From Leucoraja ocellata (taxonomy: Eukaryota): a stretch of 64,000 nucleotides of DNA. The position numbers were made by a program, and so were the translations under genes. Positions 49,011-63,252 of this stretch are shown one piece after another (within the stretch, counting starts at the first letter, position 1; each line of letters starts with the position of its first letter). The stretch spans positions 1,178,001 to 1,242,000 of the forward strand of contig JAWMAR010000396.1 of NCBI GenBank assembly GCA_036785375.1, written 5' to 3'. Under the pieces are notes generated by a model that saw nothing but the letters and a program-made list of their open reading frames with translations, made no database searches and was not told where the DNA came from.

Positions 49011-51324
49011 AAAATCTTGAAGAGGAGATGTGAGAAATTCAGGGAAAAGGGTGAGAAGCAACAAAGGTGGAACTTCGGCTGAGCTGCAGGATCTGTGCTC
49101 TCACTGACCACTCATGCTACTGATAATCGGCAAAGCAGTCGGGTTAAAGTGTACCTTTGGCCAGCCAGGTCGGGGAAAGTTCAACAATGAACGTCTGCCC
49201 TCCTAGAGCATTTGATGGCCTCTCCCTGAATAATGAAGAGATTATTAGTGAAATGAAAACAGAAAATGCTGGAAATAACCAGATGAGGGATGAAATGTGT
49301 CAATGTGTCATGGCAATGAGTTTTCGATGGGTTCAAAGGAGATGAAAGTATAAGATGGGTTTACATATAAGGAGGGGATATTACATATATTCTTTCAATA
49401 AAGAAGATGCCATGTTGATTTGAAAAGAATGAGATATTAGTTTTTATTGAGTGTGAAGGAGCTAACGGGTTTAGTATAGGGGAGATATTAGATGCTGGTG
49501 ATAGGGCAAATCGGAGTATTTCAAAGAGAGGAAGTGTGGGGGAAGGGTGACGGTGTTAGGTTCACAGATACCGGATCAGTGGGATGGAGATATTGTACTG
49601 GTTTGTGAGAGACAGACAACAGACAGTTTCCATGTTGAGGGGATATTACAGTTTTAGATCTTTGTGTACTGTGCCCTGTAGGATCACCCAGAAATGGAAA
49701 CTCCATGGCTGTCGTTTTCCTGACCAGGATAATGGTTGTGTATTTGAGAAATGCCCAAGGACTATTTTTCTATTTATTTTCAGGATCTAAGTGCCATTGG
49801 CAGGCCTGCATTTATTGCCCCTCCCTAACTGCCCTTGACAAGATGAAGGTGCCCAGACACTGCACCTGGTGAGGGCACTCCCACTGTGCTGCTGAGGTTG
49901 GGAGTTCCAGGATTTAAATCCCATGCAGATGAAGGACCAGCACTTTACTTCCATGTCAGGGTGGTGTGTGACTTTGGAGGGGAACCTGCAGGTGGTGGTG
50001 TGGCCATGTACAGGTTCCCCTTATCCTAGACGTTGCCATTTTGGATGTGCTGTCAGAGTAGCCTGGGCGAGTAGCTGCAGTGTGTTTTGTAGACAGTGCA
50101 CACTCCAGCGGTGGAGGGAATACGTGTTTAGGGTAGTGGGTGAGGTGCCAACCCAGTGGGCTGCTTTGTTGTCAAGCTTCTTTAGTGTTATTGGCTTTGA
50201 ACTCCTCGTGTGAAGTCAAGAGCATCCATCGCACTCCCTACTTTGCCCTGGGGTGTTAGGAGGTGAGCCACTCAATGCAGAACACCAGCCTCTGACCTGC
50301 TCTTGTCGCCACAGTGTGTAGCTCCACTGGAGTTGCCCCTTGTCAGTACCCTCTGCAACACTTTTCAGTTTCCTTTGGCAGTTCACTTACATTCCTTATC
50401 CCTCACGTATGTGCCGAGTTCATTGCTCTAAAATATTAATTACCATTCAGTTGTGGGAGCAGCGAGCGTTGGACTTGGGTCTGTTGTGAGCCTATCTCTG
50501 TGTGCACTCGGAATACCTCATGGTGCTGACATGAACAGAATGTGCTTTATTTGGGTTAGTTAACTCTGGGAGTTGATTTATGGGAATACAGATGTTTTCA
50601 TACAGAGAACTGAGGAAAGAAGACGGCAGCTGTGCTGAGACTGAGCCAGCCCAGTGACCTCGATAGCAGCCACAGAAAGAATATCTCTATCAATTCATGG
50701 AGGCATACAAAGAGCATTTTCTGCATTGCAAAAGAGCACATTCTGTCCTGTTGCGCACTGACTTTGATTTCAGTCGTGAAAATGCAGCCAATTTAAACAA
50801 AGCATCTGTCTTACCAAAACACGGTGGTGTTAGATAACCATCTTCAAAGAGATTGTTCACTTACAATGCAGTTCAGACCAGCACGGGCTGTGTAGATAAA
50901 GGTATACACGTCAGTAAAGATACAAACTGATGGTCAGTAAACTCCCAGGCATGTTAGCAAGGTCACATCAGCAAGATATCACAGTTAACTTGCATTTATG
51001 TTGCATTTCCTAATGACAAAAATATTCCAGATCTGTTCAAAGCTAATGAATGATCATTATTGTGCAATGCAGTTTAAATCTAAAAGGAGGGTAGGATGTA
51101 TTTTTCATTTGTAGGACAAGAGATTATCATTTCAATTGCAAACAAAACAAAGAGCATTCAAGTTTGCACATAAGTAGAGGGCTGTGCATGCGTGCACACA
51201 GTTACTTTAATATATAGTCCTTGCCCATTTCTCAAATACACAACCATTATCCTGGTCAGGAAAACGACAGCCATGGATATATACACATAAACTGACTTAA
51301 AAGCAATATTTAGTCTCTCCCAAA

Positions 51325-51515
51325 TAACAGCAGAAAATGTTGAAAACACTCAGCAGGTCAGGCAGTATCTGTGGAGAGAGAAGCAGTTAGTTTCAGATCT
51401 AGGACCCTTCATCAGAGCAAGATCTGAAGTGTTAACCGTTTCTCTCTCCGCAGATGCTGCCTGACCTGCTCAGTGTTTTCTGTTTTTATTTCAGATGCCC
51501 AGCTTCTGCAGTTTT
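51325..51515. mobile_element. Penelope-derived fold-back element
   Basis: AAAACACTCAGCAGGTCAGGCAGTATCTGTGGAGAGAG is inverted against CTCTCTCCGCAGATGCTGCCTGACCTGCTCAGTGTTTT. Confidence 0.8.
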
Positions 51516-52180
51516 TGGATTTTCATTTTGTCTCTTCCACACTCGCTGAGCTGGCTGTCTTTCCTGTGTTTAATCTTTCCTACAATTAGTCTTTCCCTCA
51601 ATCCATACTTGGCAGCACATGTTGCATGCCAGAGACCCTTCTTCCAGTCCCTTGAAATTTCACTATGTCGTGAGAAGCAGAGCGTTTGCAGGGCAATCGC
51701 TCTACAAAGCCTTGAGTGTGCTGGGCATCAATGGAGTGGCGAGGAGAAGAGCCATCAAGAACACCACCGAGGCAGCGGAGAAGGCCTCAAGATGGTCCTG
51801 GATCAGGAGAAGAGGTCCATGGGGAGGAGTGAATGCCACCTGAACACACGTCGTGGTCTGATCAACCACAGCTGGGTCGCCTGGGTAAGGGTGTCTGATG
51901 TTGAAAGACCCGAAACACCCAATGACCCCAAGTTACATCACTGATGATGTGTTCAGGAGCATCAATAGATGTATTATTTATCAAATCAAACTATAACAGT
52001 AATGCAGATTCATGGCTTGAGAGTGTGGATGATGGTAAAGACAGAATCTGTTGATTAGTTGAAATCTGATGAAACATTTGCATCATTTGCTGTGTTCATT
52101 AATGTATAATCAATATTATAACATTGCAATGTAAATTGACATTATGGAATTTCAACATCCTTTGCATTATAACATTATAA

Positions 52181-52952
52181 AGGGCCTGTCCCACTTAGGC
52201 AAATTTTTAGGTGACTGCCGGCGATTATTATAGTCGTAGTAGCAGGTCGCTGAATAACCGGTGACTGGACCCTCATACGACAATGTCTATGACAAGCTAC
52301 AACAACCTACCACCTAGTCGACGGCATGCTACCGAAAACCGGAGACCCAATCGTCGCGACTGATGGGTCTGTCCCACCTACTTCAACCTACGACTACCCA
52401 CGACAGCAAAAATTGTCGCCACTGTCACTGAAAAATTTTCAACGCCAAAAAAAATCACCTAATTAAGACAGGCCCATTAGGACGTGCACCTGCGACAACC
52501 TGCGACATCCTACGGCCACACAGGCGATAACCGAAGTCAACCCACGTCCACCTGCGACAAGCAACGACCCTGTTGGCGACAACTGAGCACAACTGAAGAC
52601 AATGCCTGTTGCTACGACTTCTCTTGACGCCGGTCTCTTGACCTGTTGCCGGTTGACGTAGGTAGTCGCTGATGGAATTCACCAAAGTCAGCCGACGTCA
52701 CCTGGCGACAACCTACGACAGCACCTACGTCAGGAGAAGTCAAGCTACGCTCATTGGTGTCAAACCCACTCGCCGACTGTTACCGAAACATTTTGAATAT
52801 TTTGAAAATCTAGCGGCGACCAGAAAGACGCTATGACTCTTTCGGTGACTGAGGAACTACTCACAACCATACAGGCGACACCCCGGCAACCACGTGGCGA
52901 CAGCCTAATCGCCTGTAGTCGCCTAAAAAATAGCCTAAGTGGGACAGGCCAT
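52181..52952. mobile_element. Non-autonomous DNA transposon (PIF/Harbinger-like MITE)
   Basis: TIRs AGGGCCTGTCCCACTTAGGC.. / ..GCCTAAGTGGGACAGGCCAT; TAA duplication at 52178-52180 and 52953-52955; CpG-rich interior. Confidence 0.85.
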
Positions 52953-53619
52953 TAAGATGGATGGGATCTCAGTTTAACATTTCATTGAAAAGCCGGTGAC
53001 CTGCAACCAAGGCTTTGTAATCTACCTTCGCACTGGTGCTCAAACCCCCTCCTCACACCCTCAAAGAACCATTGAATGCCAGTAGGCACTAATTCCCTTG
53101 TGCTATCTGAGACAGGTGCTCCTTGCCATAATTCATAAATTCATACATAATGATCCAGCATCTACTTGGGAAATTCTACCAAAATGCTCTTTGGCTTCTC
53201 TGTCGGCATAGGTCAGTGTCTCTGTGAGGAGACTATTTGATGCAGTTCTCCACTGTCTGTCTTTCTTTACAACTAAAGTTTGGCCACAACTTATGTTGAA
53301 ACATCTTGCAGTTGCCAGTGCCAATTTGTTTTCATTATCATTATCCCCTCTCAGTTGTGATAAATGATCTCTTGTACACCAAGCTTTATAAAAGTGCAGT
53401 CCGTTTGTTTCACTTCTCTGTGGCACTGGAACATGGTTTGTTTTATATTCCACTGTGGTGTTTACCTCTGTCTCTCCCTGGCTCTGAGTCGAGCTCCAAT
53501 GCCTCCAAACACCTGCCCACAGCCAGTGATGGAGTTCAACAACAGCCACTGTTGCAATGCCACTTAACCACGGGGAGACAAAGGATAAAAGCTTTCCCGC
53601 CAAAGAGAGAGATACTGGT

Positions 53620-53942
53620 AAAAGCAAAGAACTGCAGATGCTGGTTAATACACAAAATGACACAAAGTGCTGGAGTATCTCAGCAGATCAGGCAGCATCT
53701 CTGGAGAACATGGATAGGTGACGTTTTGAGTCAAGACCTTTCTTTAAAAAAGTAAATTTAAGGTCCATTGCAGGTGCAAGAAGAGTCTCAAACCAAAACA
53801 TCACCTATCCACGTTCTCCAGAGCTGCTGAGATACTCCCGTACTTTGTGTCCTGTAGGCCAGTCTGATGAAGGGTCGCGATCTGAAAAGTCACCCATTCC
53901 TTCTCTTCAGAGATGCTGCCTGTCCAGCTTTTTGTGTCTATC
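53620..53942. mobile_element. Cluster of three Penelope terminal units (one inverted pair plus a tandem copy)
   Basis: Arms at 53655-53745(-), 53775-53851(+), 53860-53942(+). Confidence 0.75.
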
Positions 53943-55006
53943 TCTGTGTCCATTAGAGGGTTGCTGGTGCCATTTGCAAAGAGAACAAAATATACTCAAG
54001 AATGCACACAGGTAGAGGAATGTGTCTGTGTTTGATATGGGTGTTATGTGTTTGTGTGTATTGTGTGTGTGTGTGTATGTGTGTGTGTTATTTGTGTATG
54101 TTGTGTGAATGTTTACGGTGTGTGTATTGTATGTGTGATGTAAATGTGTGTGGTATATGTGTGGTGTGTATGTATTTCATGTGTGATGTGAATGTGAGAG
54201 GTTTATGTTACATGTGTGTTCATAAGTTTCCAAGTGATAGGAGCAGAATTAGGCCATTCGGCCCATCAAGTCTACTCCATCATTCAATCATTGCTAATCT
54301 ATCTTTCCCTCTCAACCTCATTCTCCTGCCTTTTCCCCATAACCCCTGACACCTGACACCTGTACTAATCAACAATCTATCTATCTCTGCTTTAAAATAC
54401 CTATTGACGTGCCCTCCACAGCCATCCGTGGTGTGATGTGAATGTGAGTGGTATGTGTATGTTACACGTGTGTGTGTGTTGTATGTGTGGTGTGAATGTG
54501 TGTACTATATATTGTGTGAACGTGTTTGCGGGTGCTATGTGAATGTGTATGTGATGTAAGTATGCAGACTGTGTGATCTGTTGTGTGGAAGCGCGCGGTG
54601 TGCACGGCATATCTGTGTTGCATTATAGTGTGTGCAAGTGTATGAGCGGTGTGAATGAGTGTGTTGTGTGGAGGTGCTTGTTTTAAATACAATGTGTAGG
54701 TTTTATATGTGCATGTTATGTGAATCAGTTACGTGTGCATGTGCACACAAACACACATGCACACATGCACACTACTAAAACTTGTCCTCTACTCACTCCC
54801 CAGTTGATTCACTCCCACACTCGCTAATCTGGGTGTCCTTGGGCATAATCTTTTCTCCTCGATTGGTTTGGCCCATAATCATGAACATATTCTAATCCAC
54901 CCACAGTCAATGAAGAATTTGAACTACAGTTACTGTTATGATTCACATATTATAGGAAATTATATGAACTTATAGAAAGAATGAAGGATACACAGGAGCA
55001 GCAGCC

Positions 55007-55148
55007 TTAGACATGCAAATCCCCATGCTTTAGACACACAGATCTCTGTGTTTTAGACACACAGTCTGTGTTCTTTAGACATACAGGTCTGTGTTTTCAT
55101 TAGATATACAGATATGTATGTGCTGTAGACATGTGGGTCTGTCTGTTT
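55007..55148. repeat. ~23-bp minisatellite with palindromic unit
   Basis: About six TAGACACACAGATCTCTGTGTTT-like units. Confidence 0.7.
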
Positions 55149-58100
55149 CAGCCGCCAAGGATTCTATCCGTACTCTGAAGAACCATCAAAGCATCAGCTC
55201 TGGTTCTCTCCCAGCTTCGCGGGTCCATGTCAGATTTGAATAGAGACAGCACCACTAACAGCAGAACCAGCTGCCAGCGCTGGGACAGTGTGACCGGTGG
55301 CACTGACCAGCCAGTGGGCCTGTTGGCAAAGCCAATGGGAGCTGTGGAGCTGGTGTACAACTGAGGAGCTGGTTCCCACATTCAGCAGGAGCTGCACAAC
55401 AGGAACTAGCGAGGCAGGCTGGGGAAGATGTATTAAACAATCCAGATCAAAGCACAGGGAAAACTGAGCCTCAGAACGAAAATCCTTTCTGCCAAGGAGG
55501 TCCGTTGGGGTCAGGTGAATGATCCGTAGAGGGCAGCACTGGCGGTGAGAAGCTCATTGTACTCACCCAGACTCCGATGGACTGTAAATAAATCCTCAAA
55601 GTCATGCAAATAAGCAAACCTTGACTGACAAATGTGACCTTCTCAGGGTGCAGGATGACTACAGTGGGACCCACACATGATACTTTCATTCTGTATGGTG
55701 CACTTTTAAATGTGAGGAAGACACAGTGGTATTATGGTCATAAAGTGGCCATTCACTGACCTGTCCCGGGGTGAACTCTGCAAGGCTGGTGAGGATGAGC
55801 CTGTTGTAAAGAAAATACTTTAAACTGCTGCAGGAAAGTAAAACAGATGTGGAAATCTGGTTCAGTGTTTGGAGTATCCCACCATTGACTATATCCACAT
55901 TCCTATGTCCAGTGTTATAGAACCCACTTGTTGGCTGTCAGTGTCAAATAATGTGGAAATGGCAGGATGCTTGGACCAAACGTTTGTTGTTGTTCAAGTC
56001 ATTGTAAAGCGCTCTGAGTTGCAACAAACAAAGTGGCCCTCCATCATTCCCCAGTCTCCATCAAACAATCCACGGAGCTGCCTGTTGCTGGGCGTGTGCC
56101 TGAAAACAGCCCGGGTGTTAGTTGGGGAGATACAGCATGGAAACAGGCCCTTCGCCCCATCGATCATTGATCACCAGTTCACACTAGTTATCCCACAGCA
56201 CACGACAGGCAATTGACAGAGGCCAATTAACCTACAAACCCATAGTCTTTGGGATGTGGGAGGAAACCAGAGCACGCGGAGGAAACCCACATGGTCAAAG
56301 GGAAAACGTGCAAACTCCACACAGACATCACGTAAGGTCAGTAATATCAGGATTGAACCTGGGACTTTGTCACTGTGAGGCAGCAACTCTGCCGCAGAGC
56401 CATTTTACCACCTTATCTTCAGATGATATAGAGTGTCATCTCATCGAGGCCTGCAGCAACTACTGTGGTGTTATGGGGTGGGGGTGATTCCCACACGGCC
56501 TGGGTTCAAGCCTATACGGACACCCAGCTGCGTGCTGAACCATGTCCCTGGCTGAGCTGCTTCACACACAGGGTTAACCTTGAGCTAAGCCCAGCCCACT
56601 CCACAGACCCTCTACCGCACTGCTGGCCCACTCCCTTAAAGAAATAAACTCTGAAAACCCTTCTTGATTGAATCAGTGAGCTGCCCACAGGACACCCGGC
56701 TTCACGGGGATGTTTTAGTGGAATTATAGCAGGAGAAAGTCTTGACATTTCAAGCAGAGGAAATCTGAAATGCCAACAGAAAGTTCGCAGCAGAGGGTAG
56801 GGTCCATTTCTTCAGATCTACAGCAGCCGGCTGATTCCCAGACCAGGTCCCCTGTTACCTCTCACACTTCCCCGTGTCGGCCGGGCTCTCAGCTGAGAAC
56901 TCTCCCACCGCTGGTCACAGGCTTGTGGGTACATGGTTCTTCCAGGTGATTGCAAGTTCCCAAGAGAGAGTGGATCCGAGAGAGTGTTACACTGTCCCAG
57001 GAACTGCTGAGGCACCGGAAATAAGCAGAGATGGGGCCTGCCCATTCGGCCCATCACTTTCATTCAATCAGATCACAGCTGATTTACTTCAGTGTTATTT
57101 CTCTGCACTAATCCCAGATTCCTTCATTCCCTTACCTTCCACATAACTCTTGATCCCCACACTTAATACTGTTCTCAATTGATGCTCCACATCAATTACC
57201 ATCATCTGCTTTGATCTGTCATTTTCACACCTTACCCTTCCTTACCTCTGGACCCTCTCTCCTGACTGTCAGAAGAAGGGTCTCGACCTGAAACATCACC
57301 TTTCCCTTTTCTCAAGAGATTCTGTCTGACCCACTGAGTTACTCCAGCTTGATGTGCCCATCTTTGGTTTAAACGAGCATGGGTTCATTCCTACCCAATT
57401 CCATGTGATCTCACCAGCCTTCCTTGCAGGATCTTGTCACAGGCCTCATCCTGAATGACTGGCGCCTTATTTTCACTGCAAGGTCACCAGTTGCAGGTAC
57501 TCCAGTCAAGGGGATAACTTTGCTATGTCTGACCTGTGAAGCCCTGTAAGGATTATACTCATTTCAACAAGATCAGCTCTCATTTTCTGACACCCTATAG
57601 GCCCAATCTGTTGAATCTTTCTTTCTAGGACAAGTCCCAATCCCAAGAATCCATCTTGTGAACCTTCGTTCTCCATCACAACTCCACCTTGGATCGGAGT
57701 CCAGGCCTGTGCACTATCACCCAGGCATAGTCATACATCATTTCAAGAAACCCTCGCAACACTTGGACTCAAATCCTCCCACAAGAAAGACAATGTACTG
57801 ACGGCCTTCTAAATTGTTCATGGTATTTGCACATAAACATCTGCTGCTTCATGAGCAAGGCATGTTGGGTTTCTGAACAACACCTTCAATCTCTCACCAC
57901 GGATTTTAAAAAATCACCATTTTTAAAAATTATGTAAATTGATGACCTGATTTTACCATTTATATCCCATCTGCCATGCCCTTTCCCATTCACGGAACTT
58001 GTCTCTCCCCACTCCCCCCCCCCCCCCCCCCCCCACCCGAGTACTCTCTGCCTCATCTTCACTGCCCACACAACTTGGATATATGACACTCCATCCCCCT

Positions 58101-58667
58101 CATTGATGGAGATGGCGAAGAGTTCTCCATGCAGTTGCAGGGAAAACATGCAAACTCGTCACATATAGCACCAGAGGTCAGGATCAAACCCAGGTGTCTG
58201 GTGTGGTGAGGCAGCAGCTCTACCAACTGCACCACTGATTGAACGTGAGTGTGGTACATGATAAGATCACATTAGCTGAAGGAGTTTCTTCCCACAGCTA
58301 AATGTAATGTATGTTGAGATTCAGTGCGTAGTGACTATGAGCAATTATGTGTGTCAGGGACAGATTCTTCCATAAAGATAAGCTGCTTGCATTTGCTCAT
58401 TGCGTGGCCAAGGTGAGTCGTGTGAGAGCAGGGGTGAGGATCTCAGCCTTCCTGCCCGGGCCCCTGAACTGATTGTTGACCAGAGGCATTAATTCCACAG
58501 GAGTTGGGTTTCAGCTCCTTGAACTGCAATGGCCGCAAGTTCAAAAACATTAACGTTCACATGGAGGAACAACCAAGAGGTTGCACCTGTCGCCAGATGT
58601 AAATATTGATGGTTTATGGGAGCAGCAGGGCTCAGTGTTTAGACAGAGACACCAAAATCAACACACT

Positions 58668-58899
58668 NNNNNNNNNNNNNNNNNNNNNNNNNNNNNNNNN
58701 NNNNNNNNNNNNNNNNNNNNNNNNNNNNNNNNNNNNNNNNNNNNNNNNNNNNNNNNNNNNNNNNNNNNNNNNNNNNNNNNNNNNNNNNNNNNNNNNNNNN
58801 NNNNNNNNNNNNNNNNNNNNNNNNNNNNNNNNNNNNNNNNNNNNNNNNNNNNNNNNNNNNNNNNNNNNNNNNNNNNNNNNNNNNNNNNNNNNNNNNNNN
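58668..58899. other. Assembly gap (232 N)
   Basis: Run of N. Confidence 1.
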
Positions 58900-59069
58900 G
58901 CAAAATCCCAGCTATTCTTCGAGTAAACCTTTTACCTCACACCCCCCCTTTGCCTTTAGCTCTGCCTTCTGATCTTTGAACAATCTGTGAAAAATAGCAA
59001 GTCGATCTACATCGGCCACTTCTACCAAATCTCCTCCAACCTCTTTCGATCCAAGGAGACCAGTCACAT

Positions 59070-61300
59070 GAAAACAGGAGCACGAGTGGCCATCAGGTGC
59101 TCAAGCCTACCCCACCATTCAAGATGATCATGGCTGCACCCTTTCTCCACAGCCCTCCATTCCTTCATCTATAAAATAGTTACTCACCTCCACTTCTTAT
59201 ACCTCACGTCGCATGATGCAGCTTCCACCACACACTGGGGCAGAGATTCACTACCCTCAAAGAAGAAATTTCCACCCAGTTCTGTTTTAAATGACTGTAC
59301 CTTACTTTGTAGCATTGTCCTCATATTTGAGACTCCCACCAGTGAGATCACCCCAACATCCATCCTGTCAAGCCCTCTCAAGATCTTCTATATTTGAATT
59401 AGGTCACCCCTTCTTCTAAGCTCCAAGGAATACAGACCCAAAATGTCTGACCTCCCTTGGTAGATTGACCCTCCCATCCCCAGAATCACCCGGTGCATCT
59501 CTTGGACTGGTTCCAATTATACCATATTCTTGATTAGGTAAGGGCCCCAAACTATGTACAATGCTCCACTGTGGCCTCAACGGCACCAGTAAAACTGTAA
59601 CAAAACCTCCATGTTTCTAAACTCCAACCCTTCCACAATAAGGGCCTACATGTTGTTTGTCTACTTGTTAGAACATCCTCTAAGTTTCATTTGCAGCCTC
59701 TCCCCATTTTGATAATTTGCCATTTGATTCCACTTGCCAAAAGGCATGACCTCCCACTTTCCCACTTTCATTTATATTTGCCAATCTTTTGGCCACTCAC
59801 TCAATCTATCTACACCCCATTGCAGAATCATAGTATAGTTATCACAACATGCCCTTCCACGTTTTCATATCATAAGCAAATTTGGAAACCTTACATCCTT
59901 TTTCTTCTTGTAAATAGTGAAGAACTGCGTGCCATCAATTGATCCCTGTTGTACTCCAATCGTCACCTACTTCTAGTCTGAAAATGACCCATTTATTGCA
60001 AGCCCCACTTTTCTATGAGGCATTCAGTTTTTAATCCATGCTAACACACTTCCTCAATACTATGGCCTTAATTTATACACCACTTTCTTACGTGGCACAT
60101 TGGTAAATGTTTATTTGGAAAACTAAATACACTACATTTACAGGGTCCTCTCTATCAATTCTCTATCTCACATCCTCAAAGAATTTGAGCTAATTTGTCA
60201 AATGATTTGCCATTCATTAAAGCATGTTGACCCTGTTTAATTATATTCAACTTTACAAAATGGTTAGCTATTTCTTCTTTGATTATTGACCCCAGCATCT
60301 TGTCAATAACAGATGTTAAGCTAACTGACCTGTACTTCCCCCCTTCTCCTTTATTGAACAAGGAAGTCACGTTGGCTGTTTTCCAATCTTCGGGTTTCCT
60401 TCCAGAGTTGAGCAAGTTAAACGTTTCAACCAGTGGGTCCACCATCTCTGCAGCCACAGACTGTATAACCCCGGCATGCAGTCGATCGGGTTAAGGTGAC
60501 TTGTCTGCTGAGAGCCTCCTGAGTTTCTCCACTACTTTATCCCTTTAATTGGCATTTTTGTAAGTTCCACCACATTATTTGAAATTTGCCTCTCTAATGT
60601 TTTAGGGAAGATAGACACAAAATGCTGGGACAGGCGGCATCTCCGGATAGAAGGAATGGGTGACGCTTCAAGCCGAGTCTGAAAAAGGGTCTCTTTGGTG
60701 TAAACCAGCATTTGCAGTTCCTTCCTACACGCTAATGTTTTAGGGAGATTGGCAATGTCTTCCATGGTGAAAACTGATGTCAAAGCTTTATTCAGAACAT
60801 CTTGCTGCTGTTATTAATTCACCAGCCTCTTTCTCTGGGGCTCCACATTGACTTTCACCACCTACTTGCTATTTATATATTCAGCGAGACCTTTAGTGTT
60901 TGCTTAAATACGACAACATGCAGGTTTTTGCAACAAAAACAATTCTCTCTTCTTATGAGCTCCTTAGATTTGTGCTGCTGGATCGAACATTTCCCAGTCC
61001 CCTGGCCTCCCACAGCCTCTGTCACTTACTTTTCAATGTAACATAATCCTTGACCTCCTTTGTTAACCCACGGCCTGTGCCTCTTTCTTGTGAAATCCCC
61101 TGTTTTGATGAGATAAACTCCTGCTGATATTATAGCATTATAGCTCAGTTTGAATTTCTGCCATTGTTTCATCACTGACTTGCTCTTAACTGTACCCAGT
61201 TCACCTTCAACAACATCCCCCTGATACCATTACAACTGCCCTTATTTAAGTTGAGGACACTGGTTATGGACCTGTGGTGTTCATTTTCGAACTGCATTTG
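59070..61300 (-). mobile_element. Old CR1 LINE with degraded ORF2 and an inserted Penelope unit (~60610-60730)
   Basis: Minus ORF PEDWKTANVTSLFNKG..KYRSVSLTSVIDKMLGSIIKEEI; VLNLNKG remnant near 61250. Confidence 0.85.
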
Positions 61301-61448
61301 GAATTGTTGTCCCAGCTTCCCCAGTCTGACCCAGGAGCTGAAATGCTTCATCCCCGGAACCATTCCAGTCAATATTGCAGCGTTTATGCAGGTTCAACCT
61401 ACTCCCTCTGCATTGTGTGTCTGTGGATACAAGAAAAGCTTATGCTTG

Positions 61449-61600
61449 AAGGTAGACAAAAACCTGGAGTAACACAGCGGGTCAGACGGCATCTCTGGAG
61501 AAAAGGACATTGCTCCAGAGATGCTGTCTGACCCGCTGAGTTACTCCAGCTTTTTGTGTCTATCTTCCGTTTAGACCAGCAGGTGCAGTTCCTTCCTACA
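61449..61600. mobile_element. Short Penelope-derived palindrome
   Basis: Arms 61449-61500 and 61513-61566 are nearly complementary, with a 12-nt loop. Confidence 0.85.
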
Positions 61601-63252
61601 CATTCTTGCGAAATCTCTGCAAAATCTATGTTTGGACAGCCACTCTTTCAGTATTCAATGCACAGATACACCCAGGTTACCCTGCTCCCACACCACGTTT
61701 GTACCTCTCCCTTCTGCCACCTCTCCACTGCGTCTCATAACCACAGTCCTGCTATCCAGCCAGACGCCCGCTGCTGCTACCCCTCCTCCTCATTCATCCC
61801 CGCGTGATCTCTTATTTCATGCAGAGATGGGCACACAAACCAAGTCACTGTCTTATTGACACAGCATCTCTAACAATCCCTTACTGTGTCATTTAAATCT
61901 AGATCCTTTGAGTGAAACAAGGAAAAGCTGTTGGGAGCCCTCATAGGAAGCACTGATAGACTCTCTGGACAAGGCAGCACATTTAGTAAGCTAGTTTATA
62001 AAAAGTTCTTTGAGATTCAAAAGGAAAGATACCAGATAGAGGATAAATACATCTAAATGCCAAAAGAGGATTTCTCTTCAACACGACTCTTCATAAAGAA
62101 GGGTTTGGTGTAAAGCTGATCTTTCAGCTGGTCAGGGAGTGCTGGCAAGGAACAGCTAGCCACTGCCTCCCTCTGCACTACCCTCTCCCCCTCATCCACT
62201 TTCCCATTGATCCCTTATACCTCCACACCTCACCTACAATTCCGCCCACTGCACTCCGAGCTGCTCCTGCTCTCCTGCAGATTCCCTCCACCCTCTCCTG
62301 GTTCCCAGTTGGCCATTCTGGCCACTCGGCGGCTCCTACCCCCTGACCCAGGAGTGCACGTTATTGCGGACCAACAGCTAGCACGTAAATCTAACGAAGA
62401 TGATTCATCATTCTTCTATTTATGGTTGGCTTAGTGCAGAGATCTCAACACTCAAAATGAATCTGGTTTATATCAAATCAGTTTTTAAAATTTGAATGAA
62501 ACAAAACAGATATCACATAACACAAGTTAGAGATCTGCCTTCAGGTCTCAAGAAAATAATTTAAAGCAAATTTAAAGTGTGGAATTCCACAGCCGGAGGA
62601 CAAAATCTATAAAGTATAATATTTAAGGAAGAACAGAGATCTAAGGATGTTGATGCATTGGGAGCATTTGGGGAATACTGATACCAGGAATGGCCAGGTT
62701 GGTTAATGAGGAAATGTTTTACAGACTAAGCTAGTATCCCATGTTTAGTAGACCCAGAGGGAACTGATTGAAACAAATTAGATCCTGAGGGATTTCAACA
62801 GATGTGGAGAGGATGTTTTCTTTTAAAGTCACAGATTCACAGCACAGAAACTGGCCTTTCAGCCCACCTTGTCCAAGCTGAATGCATCAACACTAATCCC
62901 ATTTGCCCACATTATGCTATGACATTAGGCACATGTCCCTTTACATGTTTCCTATCGAAGTACTTGTCCAAATGCTCTTTAAATGCTGTACTTACCTCCA
63001 CCACCTCTTCTGACAGCTCATTCCTTATAACCAGGAAGCTTACCCTCAGATCCCATTATGTTTCTCCCCTTAAACCAATTTTATATTCCCTCATCCTAGG
63101 AAATATCCTGTATTCATCCTATCTGTGCATCCCAGAATTTTGTAAACTTCCAAGGTTACCCTTCAGCCTCTTACATCCCAGTGAAAATAATCCCAGCCAA
63201 TCCTATCTCTTCTTATAATCACAGCCCTTCATTCCAGGCAGCATCCCGGTGA

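Noticed and set aside
58581-58979. ORFs spanning the N-run
   Set aside because: Artefacts of the assembly gap.
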